Source: Psammoneis japonica (Eukaryota). From it: a stretch of DNA of 55,306 bases. Both the position numbers and the translations under genes were made by a program. The notes below the pieces were generated by a model. It searched no databases. It was not told the origin of the DNA and was given only the letters and a program-made list of their open reading frames with translations. The DNA lies in contig QPGO01000213.1 in assembly GCA_008632985.1 (NCBI GenBank), forward strand, positions 62,001-117,306. Direction: 5' to 3'. Below, in pieces: positions 1 to 12,319 of this stretch (positions are counted from its first letter, which is position 1; the number at the start of each line of letters is the position of its first letter).

Positions 1-669
1 CCTCCCAGCCGTGCAAGTGCCGCCATGGGTCCCAAAAGGCCCCACGTTATGGCGGCACTGTCCAATCCGGCAGACTGCGAGGCTGTCAAGAAGGCAAGTG
101 CCGAAGCAAGTGGTACGCCATTGGCCACAAACCCAGCTGCAATTGGTAGAGCTCCACACGAACACAGTGGTGTGGCGAGACCCACAAGCGCCGCCTTGGT
201 TAGTGATCCAGACAGTGATTTCGCAACGAGTCGAGCGGCAATTGCAACACTTCCAATACCGCCGTCAAGAGAACTCCCAAAATTACCCATGGAACCGCTT
301 GCATAAGTTCCGATAATAGCTTGTTCCAGTAGTTGATCGGAGGCACATAATTGGGATTACGAATTGTCCGGGGTTGCCACTTGTATTCTGGGTTTTCAAT
401 ATGCCTGGTTGCCACTCGCCATCGTCTTCTTCATCCCAGTCAGACGGCATGACAGAGTCTGGATCAGGAATCCATCGCAATTGTCCCAAGCACTCGTCGG
501 GCGGCTGCAAGTCGGTTGGATCGACAATAAATTCTTCTTGTGGAGCAGCAGCAGCAGCAGCAGCAAGTTTGTGTTTGCAGCAGGATTCATGAGCAGACGC
601 AAAGCAAAACGATAACAGCACCGCTGCAATCATAAGAAGGTGGTAAATGCGAAACTGTGGCTTTCTCAT
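1..669 (-). CDS. Signal peptide + calreticulin/calnexin P-domain-like repeats fused to an ArsP/DUF318-family permease; runs off the window edge and has two 1-nt frameshifts (~407, ~214)
   Basis: ATG at 669 gives a hydrophobic leader, then IPDPDSVMPSDWDEEDDGEWQP. A second frame continues RHIENPEYKWQPRTIRNPNY...MQAVPWVILGVLLTAVL. A third frame reads AALVGLATPLCSCGALPIAAGFVANGVPLASALAFLTASQSAGLDSAAITWGLLGP, containing the ArsP-type PLCSCG motif. Confidence 0.8.
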
Positions 670-829
670 TGTGCAAACAAACAATGCCTTCACACAGTAA
701 CACGCAGGCTGATGACTGTTTGCTCTACGAGTTCGTACGTAATGAGTTTCTGCGTTTGCTATAGTTTGCTGTGAATAATCGCGCTCTCGCGCTGCGAGCT
801 CTGGAGCAACTGGAGCGCAAATTCCCTCC

Positions 830-3800
830 GGGTGCTCTGAGTGCTGAAAGCAGGCAAAATGAGGTGATGACGACTTCATCGCGAATCACGACCAATCTTG
901 TCATTGTGACATCATTTGCCGAGTGCGACCCCCCTTCCAGAGCACAAACCCACCCCAAAAGCTGTGCTTCACTCAGCCAAGTTTCTTGGCTGAGGCTCCT
1001 GTTGCTCAGGTTTTTGTTCACTGTGGTGCCTGGCCGATTGGCCAGAGAACCTTTGAGGTGGTGTGGGTCTCTCACTTCAGACAGCGGGTCTCCTGGCAGC
1101 AACAGCTGCTCTCAGTTTTGACCAGCCCTGCTCTCATGGCTTCAAGCCATGGCTTGAGATTTGAGTCACTCAAAAACAGCTCCAACTTTTTTGGCTCTGC
1201 ACACATTCAGCGAAGGAGAAGCAGGCCCAAGGGTTCTTGACACCCTCACCTTGTTGACTTTGCCCTCATCAAGTTGCGAGCCAATGTGTTGGCTGCTTCC
1301 TCTGTTGTCAGGTCCAGACTCATGCACCACCCCCTCATCACACCTGCTCCCATGGGAGACAGGAAATCTCACAGTCTTCTGTGCATGTTGAAGCTTGCAT
1401 GTCTCTCTGGCTCTGCTCATCTTCCAAAGTGAAGTGGCTGCCAGCCACTGTGCTGCTTGAGCTCCTTGTGAGTGTCGTGCTTCTGTGCTGCATTGTCAGC
1501 TTACATGCCTTGCCAGTCTTTGCACTGTGCCAGCAGCAGGCACAAAGAAAACAAAACAGAGGCTCAAAATCTTGTGCTCGTGGCACATGTTCTCTCTCAC
1601 CGCACAAGTGTTTCACAGAAAAAGCCTGCAGTCTTTGTGAGGGTTGCTCCTCTGACTCAACTTCCCCAGGAAGACAACACAGGCTCTCATCAGCAGACTC
1701 TCCTGTTGTCTTACAAAAAATCTCCTCTGGCCTGTCCTCTTTCTGCAAATGCCGCACTGAAGTGCTGAGTGCCTTTTTGGCATCTTGAGTTTCTTGTGCA
1801 GCAAGGTCTGGCCCAGAGCACGCCCCACAACAAAGGCTTTGCACAAGCTCTCTCAATCCTTGCTCATCAGCATGCTCCAAGAAAGCAGATGCAGCAGAAA
1901 GCTCTGCAGCTGTTGCAGGCAACAAGGATGTGTGTGCACCACAGGCAAAATGGCAAAAGGGTTGTTGTTGCCAGTCTTTGCAAATGACTGGCTGCTGAGT
2001 TGTGTGGCTGCTTGGCAACTTGCAGCAATGTGTGCCACACTGACTGAGACTCACCCAAGCATTTGTTCTCACAGAGTCCTTCTCAGCCAGCATTGCAGAA
2101 AGAGTCCAAAGAGCTTAAAAAGAGTGGAACTTGCAAACGGCTTGCACTCAAATGCTCATCTTGTCAATGCCTTTTGGTCATTTTCTTGAAACAGCTTCTG
2201 CCTTTGTCATTTTTTCTCCAGCCCCTCTGGCACATGACAACTGCTTGCACACAAAGTTTGGCCTTTCAAAACTGGCAAGCACCAACTCTGCAAGCAAAAG
2301 CACAGTGTCTCATTGTGACTTTTTAGAAGCCTCTGTGGCACCAGCCCCAAACTCAGCACCCAACAAAGAAGTGGAGCTGCGGGCACAAAACTCAGCAGCT
2401 GGTTTGCACCACAAGAAGTGAAGTGCCACCATCTCAAAACACACAGGTGTGGCTCCTTTGATGGAGTTGTCAAGCCAAGTGGCAAATGACATGTGGAGCA
2501 AGGAGAGGGAAATCCAAACAAACAATGGTGCACCATTGCCCCCTGTCTGGAGGCTGAAGCTTCTGAGCAAACAAGAAGCTGATCTCAAGGCACAAGGGCC
2601 AGATTCACAATCTTGGCAGTTTCTTGATGAAGTCCACTGCAGCAGCAAGCAAAGATGTGAAGAACTCTGGGCATTTGCCATTGTTTGTGAGTGTCAGGGT
2701 GCTCTAAAAGATTTTCCTGGGCACACATGCTGCGTGCCTTGCTGAAGAAAGACAAAACCTTGCCACATTCTCTTCTGCATCAAAACCCCAAAAGCACACC
2801 AGAACAATGTCGTCCCCACTCATTTTGCTTGGCAATTTTGCACTGGAGCTGTGCAGGGACACCTTGAGCATGGTGAGAACACAGCAGCCTGGTTTGACCT
2901 TGGCTGCTCAGAATCCACCAGCCGGGGGGGGGGGGGGGGGGGCTCCACTCCTCCTCCTCCTGGTGCACCACACAGCTCTCTTCTCTTGTTTGCCATTGTC
3001 AAAAACAAGGCTTTGTTTGCAACAAATGGATGATCAAGAAATGGCAGTTTTGAGAGTTTGTTGTTGACCGTGTGACTCTGGACAGGTCAGCACCATTTTG
3101 ATTTCTTGGCAGGGCTTCTGCCACATGTCCTCACTTTTGCAGCCATTTTGATGAGAGTGAGAGTCAGCCAGTGCTTGCACATGACACATGGGTGTGGGTG
3201 GTGGAGAGGTGAGAACACAAGGGCAATGACATGTGGCAACATGTGTGGTGCACACGAAGCTGATGGTGCTTTTGGTTTTCTGCCTTTCTTGCAGCTGAAA
3301 GTTGGGAGAAAGCACACACAGGTGATGTGTGCCACTGCTCTCATGCTGTTTCTTGATGTTGTGTGTTGACAAGGTCAGTTGAGTGCAATGGCAAGCTGTG
3401 TGGCACCTCTCTTGCATGACAATGTGTGTGTGTGAAACTGACCACACTTTTCTTTTTTCTGCTTTGCTGTCATCCACAAATTGGCACAAGGCAAGCAAGC
3501 ACATGAAGGAGGCAAATGCCAGCACTCTCATGCTTGGTTGAAACTGAGCAATCTTCAGTGTTGACCAAACAAAGTGGCACATTCTGTGGCAGCAATGTTG
3601 ACACCCTTCTTCATTCATTGTGAAAGAAGCACCCCAGCACATGTGTTCTTGACCTGTTGCATCCAGCGAATGTGTCACCGCCGCTTGCTGCATTCATTGT
3701 GTCTTTTCTCTCTCCCACAGATTTTTCATCTCTGATGACCCTCAAAGCTTTGGAAGTTGAGTGCACACAGCTGCAGCTCAACACATCCATGTGCTTTGCA

Positions 3801-6800
3801 ATTGTTGGCTGGAGTGTGTCTTGCTTGTTCTTGCAGCATCTCCCCTGCCCTCATCCACTTGGCATGTTTGTCACAAAAGAGAGGCGCTGTGACCATCACA
3901 CTCTGTGGGCAGCAGATGGGTGCCGAATGAAAAAAAAAACAGATCACACCCAGCTCTGGCTCAGTCAACAGCCAACAAAGCTCAATGAGGGCCAGCTTTG
4001 TAAGGTTTTCACAGAGTGCTTGGATGACAACACATGAGGTGGCTCATGCATGCAACTGGGCCACAAAATGACTGTGATGGCCTTCTGTGCCTGAGAGGAT
4101 TTTGTGGGGCGAACTTCAAAAAATTGCAAAATTGCCTCAATGCAACACTCACAGAGGGCTGGCAATTGATTTTTGTTCTGTTTTTGGTGCCACTAACTCA
4201 GTCAGTTTTTTGCAACTGTTGCCATTGTTTTGTCTCTGCTTCCTCTGGTGGCTGTTGGCAAACATTTCTGCAAGTTGATGAGCCATGTCTCATCATGTTC
4301 TTAAGAAGCCTTCATGCCACCAGCCCCAACCTTGGTGCCCACAAAAGCAGAGCTTTGAATGTGTGTCAGAACAGCTGGCTCTGGCACCAGCCAAACACAA
4401 GCAAAGTGCCAAGTCTCACAAAAGGTGGGAGAGGTGTGGTCCATTGACAGGGGCACTGAGGTGGTTTCTAATGTAAATTTTCAACAAATGACATGTGACA
4501 AACATTTTGAGTCTTGTCAGTCATTTGAGCCATGAGGTGTTCATTTGCTTGTCTTTGTTGATGCCACTTGCACTCTTTGGAGATTTTGGCCCATGGGAAG
4601 AACAAAGGAGGTGGCTGCCAAAGGTGGCCCAGAAGTGCAAAGTGAGAAGGAAAAGAAGAAGGGAGAGAACAGAAAAGAGAAAGGGTCAATTTGCTGTGTC
4701 GTCAATTTGTGGTCCTTGCCATTTTCCTCAAAACAGTCCACACACAATTTGTGGCACACTTTGGTTCAGCACTGGACATTGGAGCTTAAATTGCAGCAAC
4801 CACGGCCCCTTGTCAGCATGTGATGGACCACCAACCATGTCTTTTGCAAGTGCCTTGCTTCCAATCTGCCTCAGTTTCTTGCTTTCTTTGTCAACTCCTT
4901 GCTCCATCCTTGTCTTTTGCATCTTTTGTCCATGCATCTTCAGAGCTGTTTTGCAAAAGCGGGTCACATCTCACTGCCAAGTCCTGCCAAATCTCCAGGA
5001 AAAGTCATCATTTTGGCATGTTGGACATTCTGTGAATCTGACACTTTGCTGGCAAACTTGTCATTGCTCAAGTTGTCCCTGAAAACAGTTTGAGTCCCAG
5101 CCACAGCTTTCCAGAATGATGCTGTCTCTTGTCAATCAGAAAGCTTTCTTGTTTCCAGAAGGCATGTGTTTTGGCATGCTGGCATGCCAACCTTCTCCAG
5201 CTTGTGGCTCCACTTGTGGAGGATGATGAAAGTCTCCCACCATGGGAGCAGCAGCAGCTGGGGTGACATTGTTGATGCTGGGTCTTGCTGCAAACGGAGC
5301 AGCCACACAGCAGATGGGGCAATGCCGTTGCTTGGTGCTGGAGTGGTCTGAGCAGGTGGTGCTTCAGGGTCAGCCAGGGCAGCCAACAATGCCTCATTTG
5401 ATGATGGCAATGCAGAGGCCGCCACTCCAATGTTGAAGAGCAGCAGTTCTTTTTCCACCTTTGCCCATTCCTTGCATGCTCTGCAATTGGCACCAGCCAA
5501 CTCATTGCATTGTCCCTGAGCTCCACAGAAGAAAGTTGATTCCATGATGTGTTGGCAGCTTGGAATTGCCAGTCAACAAGCATCTTGTGCAGGTGCCATC
5601 ATTCAATGGCACAAAGATCAGCACAACACCTGATGGCTTTGCAAGCTTTCTGTCCTTCTTGTCCAGACTGAACCTGGCCACTCAAAGCCACAGATGTTTG
5701 TTGGCAAGACCAGATGACCAGCAACTGCTGATGTCATGCACAAGATGAACAATGGTCAAACACAGCACAGAGTTTCTTCTCATTTGGTGGTGTGAATGTC
5801 TTGTTGCAATGTGCAGTCTAAAAATCAGGCCACTGCCACAGATCTGCATGTTCATTCTCAAAAAGTTCTACATGCATCTTTGTTGTCTTGGCTCTTTTCT
5901 GCTCAAATGATTGATTGAGGTCTCAAGGCACAGCAGAAAAAACAGTGCCATCTTTCAAGAGCTCATTGCAAAACTCCTTTGTGACAAATGCTTTGCCATC
6001 ATCCTTGCCATCTGTGGTCATGTCAGTCTCAACAAATTTAGAGCACTGTTCTCAGAGCTTCTGCAGATGCTGTGCCCACAGTTCTGCCTCGTGTGCCATG
6101 AAATCATGATTGCTTGCAAGATCTGCACCATCCCCCACAGCCTTCTTGGGGTTTCCAGCACAAGTGACACTGCTGCAGGTTCCAATGGCAGACAGCATGG
6201 GTGCTCTGCATTTGAGCACAGCTGTGGCATGTGCTGAGTCTTTTTTGCAGCCCGGCTTGTTCTCAAACTTTGCACATTGGTTGATGCCACACCAAGGGCG
6301 GGGCTTTTTTTTTGACACCCACAACTTTTTGCCCACATTGTCACATTGACACATTTACAACAGAACTTTTCCTCTTCAATCAGGAGGTCCCTGGTCAAGA
6401 CAATGCCATTGAGTGCAATGTCATTGACAAAATGTCACCTCCACTCAAAGTGACAATGTTGCTTCCAATGCCGCAAGCAAGAGCCTGATTTTCTTCAAGC
6501 AGTGTGGCCACCTTCCAGTGCCATCCAAGGAGCAGCTTCTGCACCTCAACTTTCCAAACAGCAAGAAGACAGAGCCACAGAAGTTTAAAGCAGCTGTGGA
6601 GTTCCTGGAGTCTGGAGTGCATCATGAGCAAGACCAGCAGCACACAATTCTTCCACACGACAACAAATCCATGGATTTTCACAACAGCTGCTGTGCTGTG
6701 CAGAGTGCAGCCTGTCTTCACAGGTCTTGGGGCTCAAGCAGTGGTGCACAAGAAAAATCAAAATGTGTCAACCCTTGGCAAGCAGAGAATGAGCAGCTTG

Positions 6801-8820
6801 GCAGGATTTGTGAAAAAGGTTGTGTCCAAAGCTGCCTGCAGCACTGGCCCAAAAAACTCACAAACCAACGCGCAAACAGGTGGGCCAAAGTGAAACACAT
6901 GTCAAGCAGTTGTGTGCTGCAGTGTGAAAAGAAGCTTGTGCTTCAGAAATGTCTGTTTCAAATTTGGTGCCACACAACTGCTGTGTGTCAACTTGGATGA
7001 AGCAAGTGCACCAAAGCTTCGGTCTTGACTTTGGTTTTAACATCAAATGCAGCCAATGATCTGTTGCGTGAAAATGATGGCACATGATCTGAGATCAAGA
7101 ATTTGGGCAATCAGATCTCTCTTTTGAGGATGCCCTGGTTTTTTCATTGTTGCTTGCACACCATCTGCAAAGCCACTTGGGGTGCTGGTGGCTCTGGCAC
7201 ATTTGCAACACCACAATTGGCACTTGGCACACTTGACACAACACAGCTGGCACTTGAGTGATTCACTGGTGTGGATTTGTTGACGTCCTGCTCATCTGCA
7301 GGGATTGTTTCCATCCATCATGCACTTCTTTGCACACCTGGCTTGGATTCTTGGGGAGAGTCTTGCACTCAACTGGCAAGGTTTGCTGGAGACTCACAGA
7401 AATCCTGCTGTTGGCACTCTCTGTCAGAATTTCCTCCCAAGCAGCCGCCCGCCCCCAGCTGGTGGCTGCTCCTGCTTCCCACACACAACCCCAAATGTGC
7501 CCCAGCAGGTCGATGCCATGGGAGACGCTGACCAAACATTTGCCAACAACTCTCCAACATTTTCAGACAACGGCGACAAATTCAAATGCTGAGGACCACT
7601 GCTGCTTTTGCATTTCACAGCTGAGCTCAGACACTGCCCGTCTGGTTCCTGATGAAAACTTTGGGGCACCAACATGACCTCCACCTGTTTTCATCAATTG
7701 AAACTTGACAATTTTGACATCCACTTCTGCAGGAGATGTGGTGCCATTGCCTCCAATCTTTGCCAACCCAAAGTCATGATTGGAAGGCTTCACCATTGCA
7801 AAGGGCAGCTTTTCAGCAATGGCAAGGTCTTGAAAGTTGCAATCTCGAAGGATCACCACATTGCCCCATCCACCCCCAAAACATGCAAGGCAACCTTCCT
7901 TGTTGATGGCGCAGGACTGGTCACCGTTGTCAAACACAGCCATGACATTTCAAGTGGGGAGGCTGCAAACCACTCTGGGATTGCCACAAGAAATGCCTGA
8001 ATGACCAAGTTGGCCCGATGCACTGCTGCCCACAAGAAAGATTGATTGTTGTGAGACACAGACCCATCGACAAATCCAGGGGCAACAGAGATGTGCAACA
8101 ACGGCATCAACAATGACTGTGACGGAACAGTGGATGAGGCCAATTGCATCAAATCTCCATCCACTTTGCCTTTGGATGCCCCGTCCGCATCGTTGCAACC
8201 ATGGAATGAGCCATCAGTCTCTTTTGCCCCCCAAGTGTGCACCCCTTGCATGCACCCTCAAATGTCCCGAGCAGCACACCATCCATTTCTTCCTCCCTGT
8301 TGTTGTCCCAAGCAATCCCATGTGTCTGTTCCTTTCTCGCCGAGCACTGGCATGCTCCCCTCCAGTGACCCCTTCTCAGTTGCTCCTTTGGCGGTCTGTT
8401 CTCCTGCCTGTGAGAGAAGACAAAAGCGCCTCTCTCAATGAAAAAATGAGCATTTCAAAAGGAAATTTGCCGCAACAATCATGAGCTGCACATGAAGCCA
8501 CGACACATGGTGCATTGCTGTGGACATGCATTGCAGCCATGAAAACATGGCACGATGAAGGCCTTTTGTTCAAGTTCTCTTCGGCCCCATTCTCGGATCA
8601 CAACAGCTGTGCAACCCCCCCCATGATTTGTTCTCAATGCATGAGGACAAGATGTGAAAGAAAGCAACAAAGTCTGTTGTGGCATGGCAATGATCTGTGC
8701 AAGGCACACAAGTGCCGTGCTGTTTTTGCGCCGCGGCAAAACATGGGTGCTGCTGTGCCAACAACTCCTCCTCCCACACCTCTCGCGGTGCAATCTCGTC
8801 CGGCTGGCTCTTTAAGCAGC
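830..8820. mobile_element. Degenerate repeat/TE-derived block A, depleted of TpA and CpG (element family not identified)
   Basis: About 18 TA dinucleotides in ~8 kb (manual count), very high TG/CA, no intact gene; ORF translations are rich in C/H/Q and nearly lack Y. TE origin is inferred by analogy to blocks C and D, which contain retroelement motifs. Confidence 0.65.
7380..8400 (+). pseudogene. Hypermutated remnant of a secreted-type protein with a MopE-like putative metal-binding repeat
   Basis: Hydrophobic leader LTEILLLALSVRISSQAAA near 7390. At 8045-8150 it reads DTDPSTNPGATEMCNNGINNDCDGTVDEANC, matching the D-x-D-P-x-x-NPGA-x-E-x-C-x-x-GID-N-D-CDG-x-VDE repeat. Many stops and frameshifts. 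Confidence 0.6.
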
Positions 8821-9064
8821 AGCTGTCAATCTACCTGCCTTTTCCTTTTCATCATCTACACTGTTGCTTGTATGTGCATCTCATGACGCCAATGCTAGAG
8901 ACTCTGTTGTTCATGTTGCAGCGAGTTGCGTGTGATTTTCTCTCATGCCAAAGAAAAACACCAAAATTTCAGAAATTTTGAAAATTCGAAAATTTTCGTT
9001 GAAAAACAAAAAAAGTAAGCAAACGAGGCGAGCGAGCGAAAGATCCAACTTCGTCTACACAGTT

Positions 9065-9156
9065 AGTACTTGGGTTTCTGTTGTGGCGGTTGTATCGAAT
9101 CATCAACAGTACTTGGGTTTCTGTTGCGGTGGTTGTACAAGTATCGAATCATCAAC
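9065..9156 (+). repeat. Two-copy tandem repeat (43/49 bp) just upstream of the next gene
   Basis: agtacttgggtttctgttg...gtatcgaatcatcaac occurs at 9065-9107 and 9108-9156. Confidence 0.85.
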
Positions 9157-9196
9157 GAGCCGAAGCATCCTTTACGCTGTTGTAATCAAACGAGTC

Positions 9197-10520
9197 ATGT
9201 CCAACGAAATTGCCGGAGAAGAACAGCAAGAGCGAGACGTGCAGAAGCCTGTCTGTCACTCAGATTTGCCAGAGAAATTGGGCACTAAATTCAAGCATTT
9301 GTTCGCTCGTATCCACGTCTTGCGCACTGTCGAACCAGGAGAAAGACAGCGAGCAGGACAGGAGCTCTCCGATCTCATCATACTAGAAGTTAACGAGGAA
9401 CCGATCCTCGCAAGAGCTGTTCACAAGGGTGGAAATCAAAATGGATGGTATTTGCTTGCTACTGCGATTTATTGCGAGTTACGTCAGAATTCCATTCTTT
9501 ATGAAGCCAACAAGTTTCTGATCAATGCAAACCCACATGCCTTGCTGTGGAAATACAGCAATGCACCCGGTTCTCACCATCTTCTGGTATTCATCGGCTC
9601 CAGACATTGTGCTTTGATGCCCTGGATTGCGCGGAACCATGAGTGGATTTTTGAGCACCCGACCGTCATTCAAAACTACTCCCAAATACTTCACTACGGC
9701 CTTGTTTGGCAACATGCTTGTCTTCGAGATTGTGAGGCATCCATTGTTCGTGAGTTCTTTGAGGTGCGCCCTGCAGATCTCGGCAACACCGCCGGAGGGC
9801 TTGTCTGCATTTTGTTATTTGGGGATCGGGATGGGGAGAGTGCGACTTGGGCTTGGTGAAATGGATGGTTCAAAAGCATCCCGAAAGCCTGAAATATCGC
9901 GACGACAAGGGAAGGACTGCTTTGTCCGTGGTGTGTGAGTGCATTTCACCTGTTGATAACATTTTCTTAAAAGATTCCAGTATATCATGGATGGAGAACA
10001 TGGCAAGCATTTGTCGCTTTTTCATGCAAGAGTATCCAGAGGCTATCCGCATCAAGACACGCATCAAGACACGCATCAAGACACGACGACTGCGTTGCAA
10101 TGATCGGTACCTGCCACTTCACTACCTGGCCCTCCGATGCAACAAGAGTCCGGTCCAAGAACTTGTGGTTGAATTGTTGAAAGCATATCAAAGTTGTCGA
10201 CTGTGCCTTTTATCCAAGCAATCGGGCCAGTTTTGCAACAGCAGGCTGAGCTGAAACAAGAGGAAGAGTCCCTTGAGAAAAATATAAAGCTCTTTAGTGA
10301 ATCTTCAGAATCTGATGCGGGGGCTGGCGTGGTCCCCGAGAAAACCAGCGTCCCCGAGAAAACCAGCGAAGTACTCTCGGCGTGGATGACCGCTCGTGTG
10401 GCGACATTCCGGGATCAACATGCTACCTTGGAGGTGGTGATTGCCGACATCAAAGAAGCCTTTGAAGAAGATGATAAACGAAGTGACATCGAAGGAGAAA
10501 GCGATGAAGACTCCTTGTAG
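9197..10520 (+). CDS. Hypothetical protein with ankyrin-like helical repeats and a C-terminal coiled coil; two frameshifts (~9833, ~10188)
   Basis: Three consecutive ORFs join into one protein if single bases are restored (GECDLGLVKWMVQKHPESLKYRDDKGRTAL; AYPKLSTVPFIQ). Motifs YLPLHYLA and YPEAIR; acidic tail; internal (IKTR)x3 and (VPEKTS)x2 tandem duplications. Confidence 0.65.
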
Positions 10521-11129
10521 ACACTGAAAGAGATGAGGAGAGTCTGGGAGCCCAGGCTGATGCTGATGAAGGTGATTTGGGTGAGGCGGATCGGGACGCA
10601 AGGCCATACTGAGCGACTGCGTAAAGATGCCATTGCTGGACTGTAAAGCTTTGCAAAGTGCGGCGTGGGGAACACTAAGAAAGCATGGGAGCAAACCTTG
10701 TTTATCTAATGCACTAGAAACTGTACATCTGCCTATTATCGCTCTGCCGGATAGATTTACTGTGTGCTTTCGTCTCTAAAGAATATTGAAAGCTAAACAG
10801 TGCTGCCCGCATCCTCTGGAGAGCAATGATAAGGCCGACTACCAAAAAACAATGTACTGCAGCAAGGCAAGCATCGCCTTGATCAAATTAGGCTAACCTC
10901 AAAGCATTACGTCCTCTCTACTACTGTACAGCCGTAGCTACCGGTAGGGCGGACTAGCAGCAGTGACACGTCGATGAGTTTCAAGTATACGGTACATACC
11001 AGGTTCATTACAGTATTATGTTTTATGACAAGTATATGCAGGCCTTAAAGACTAAAAGAATGTCCACACTGCGCTCTTTCATCAAGACTGCGTCAACACC
11101 ACGCGCGTTACGCTCATTATGGCAATCCT

Positions 11130-12199
11130 TTATTGTTCAACAAGATTCCCGTGATCAAAAATAAATTGTTGACCCATTTCCAATTGCATGGCTTGAGACA
11201 CGTGTTGGACGGGTGTCATGGTCCATACTGCGATATTGGCAATCTCAAAGACAGCATTATTGTTGGTGGTAATAAGCGGAGGATTGCCAAAGGTAATGCT
11301 GGCTTGTGTCGTGCCCCGTTCCAAGGTTGGATCAAAGACAAGCGTGGACATCGCATCGAAGCACCATCACTCAATAATGACTACTTGAGCCAATAATTAT
11401 CTTGTTGAATGCAAAAGGGCAAATACGGACGGAGTGCATCCATCGTGGGTGGTGACAGGACGTGTGGGTAGCAATTCGTGTCATGCACGTGCGTCGCCAA
11501 AATGACAGTTGGAATCGTACTCTCTTCCTCTTCTTTTGAATCTTTGTCTTGTAGTGCTTCTTTTGAATTTTCTTGTTGTTTTACTCCAAAGAGTTTGTCA
11601 AGCAAGCTGGTTGTCCGTTCTTCTTGTTGTTGATGTGGTGGTTCGTCGTCGACTTGTCCCTTTTGGAGAGAACGCGTGGAGGATGGTGCTGCTTTGGGGG
11701 TACTCGAGCCATACTTCCTTTCGAAAGGGTGGTTCATCTAGATTCAATTTGGGTAAAAAAAACCTGGACTGCGGTCGTCGGAGGTTGCTTGACAAACTCA
11801 GAACTGCTTTCATTATCGTCATCATAGAGTAGATCGCTGCTCAGTACGTGCTGCACCTTTTCCAACTGTTCCTCGGGCACATTTTCGGCCAATACAAGAC
11901 TCTGTAAGAAATCGGCTTCATATTGATTCAAGCATGACTTTTCCGGAAAATGGATTGACGCAAATATTGACGATGATTGGTTTTGTTTCGTCTTTTGGTA
12001 GAATCGTATAGCTTTTCTTGTGTAGCCGAGAACGTTACTGCTACGCTCTGTTTCTCCGAAAGAGCCTGCAACAAGTCTTGTTCGGCAGGTGTAAGAGACG
12101 ATCGCCGCGTCGTCAATCGTGTTTGCTTCGATACAATGCCGATGGCAAAATGATGGGCTTGCAGGATCCCTGCGATGAATAAGTCTCTGTGGTGTCCAT
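11130..12199 (-). pseudogene. TLDc (OXR1/NCOA7-like) domain pseudogene
   Basis: HVLSPPTMDALRPYLP...NYWLK*SLLSDGASM, then STLVFDPTLERGTTQASITFGNPPL...FEIANIAVWTMTP. It has an in-frame TAG where Tyr is expected, a 5-bp cgatg duplication, further frameshifts, and the centre of the TLDc domain is missing. Confidence 0.8.
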
Positions 12200-12319
12200 G
12201 AAAAGACAGAAAAATGAAAAATACATCACAACATCGAACATCGCATCATGGTGGATGCGGAGATCAGATCTATCTGGATCTGATCGTATCTTTGATGACG
12301 TCATGCCGCCCTCATGAGT

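Noticed and set aside
830..8820. Numerous overlapping 60-250 aa Cys/His/Gln-rich ORFs in all six frames (also in blocks B-E), resembling metal-binding proteins
   Set aside because: They are an artefact of TA loss (few TAA/TAG stops, almost no Tyr) and TG/CA excess; they are not credible genes.
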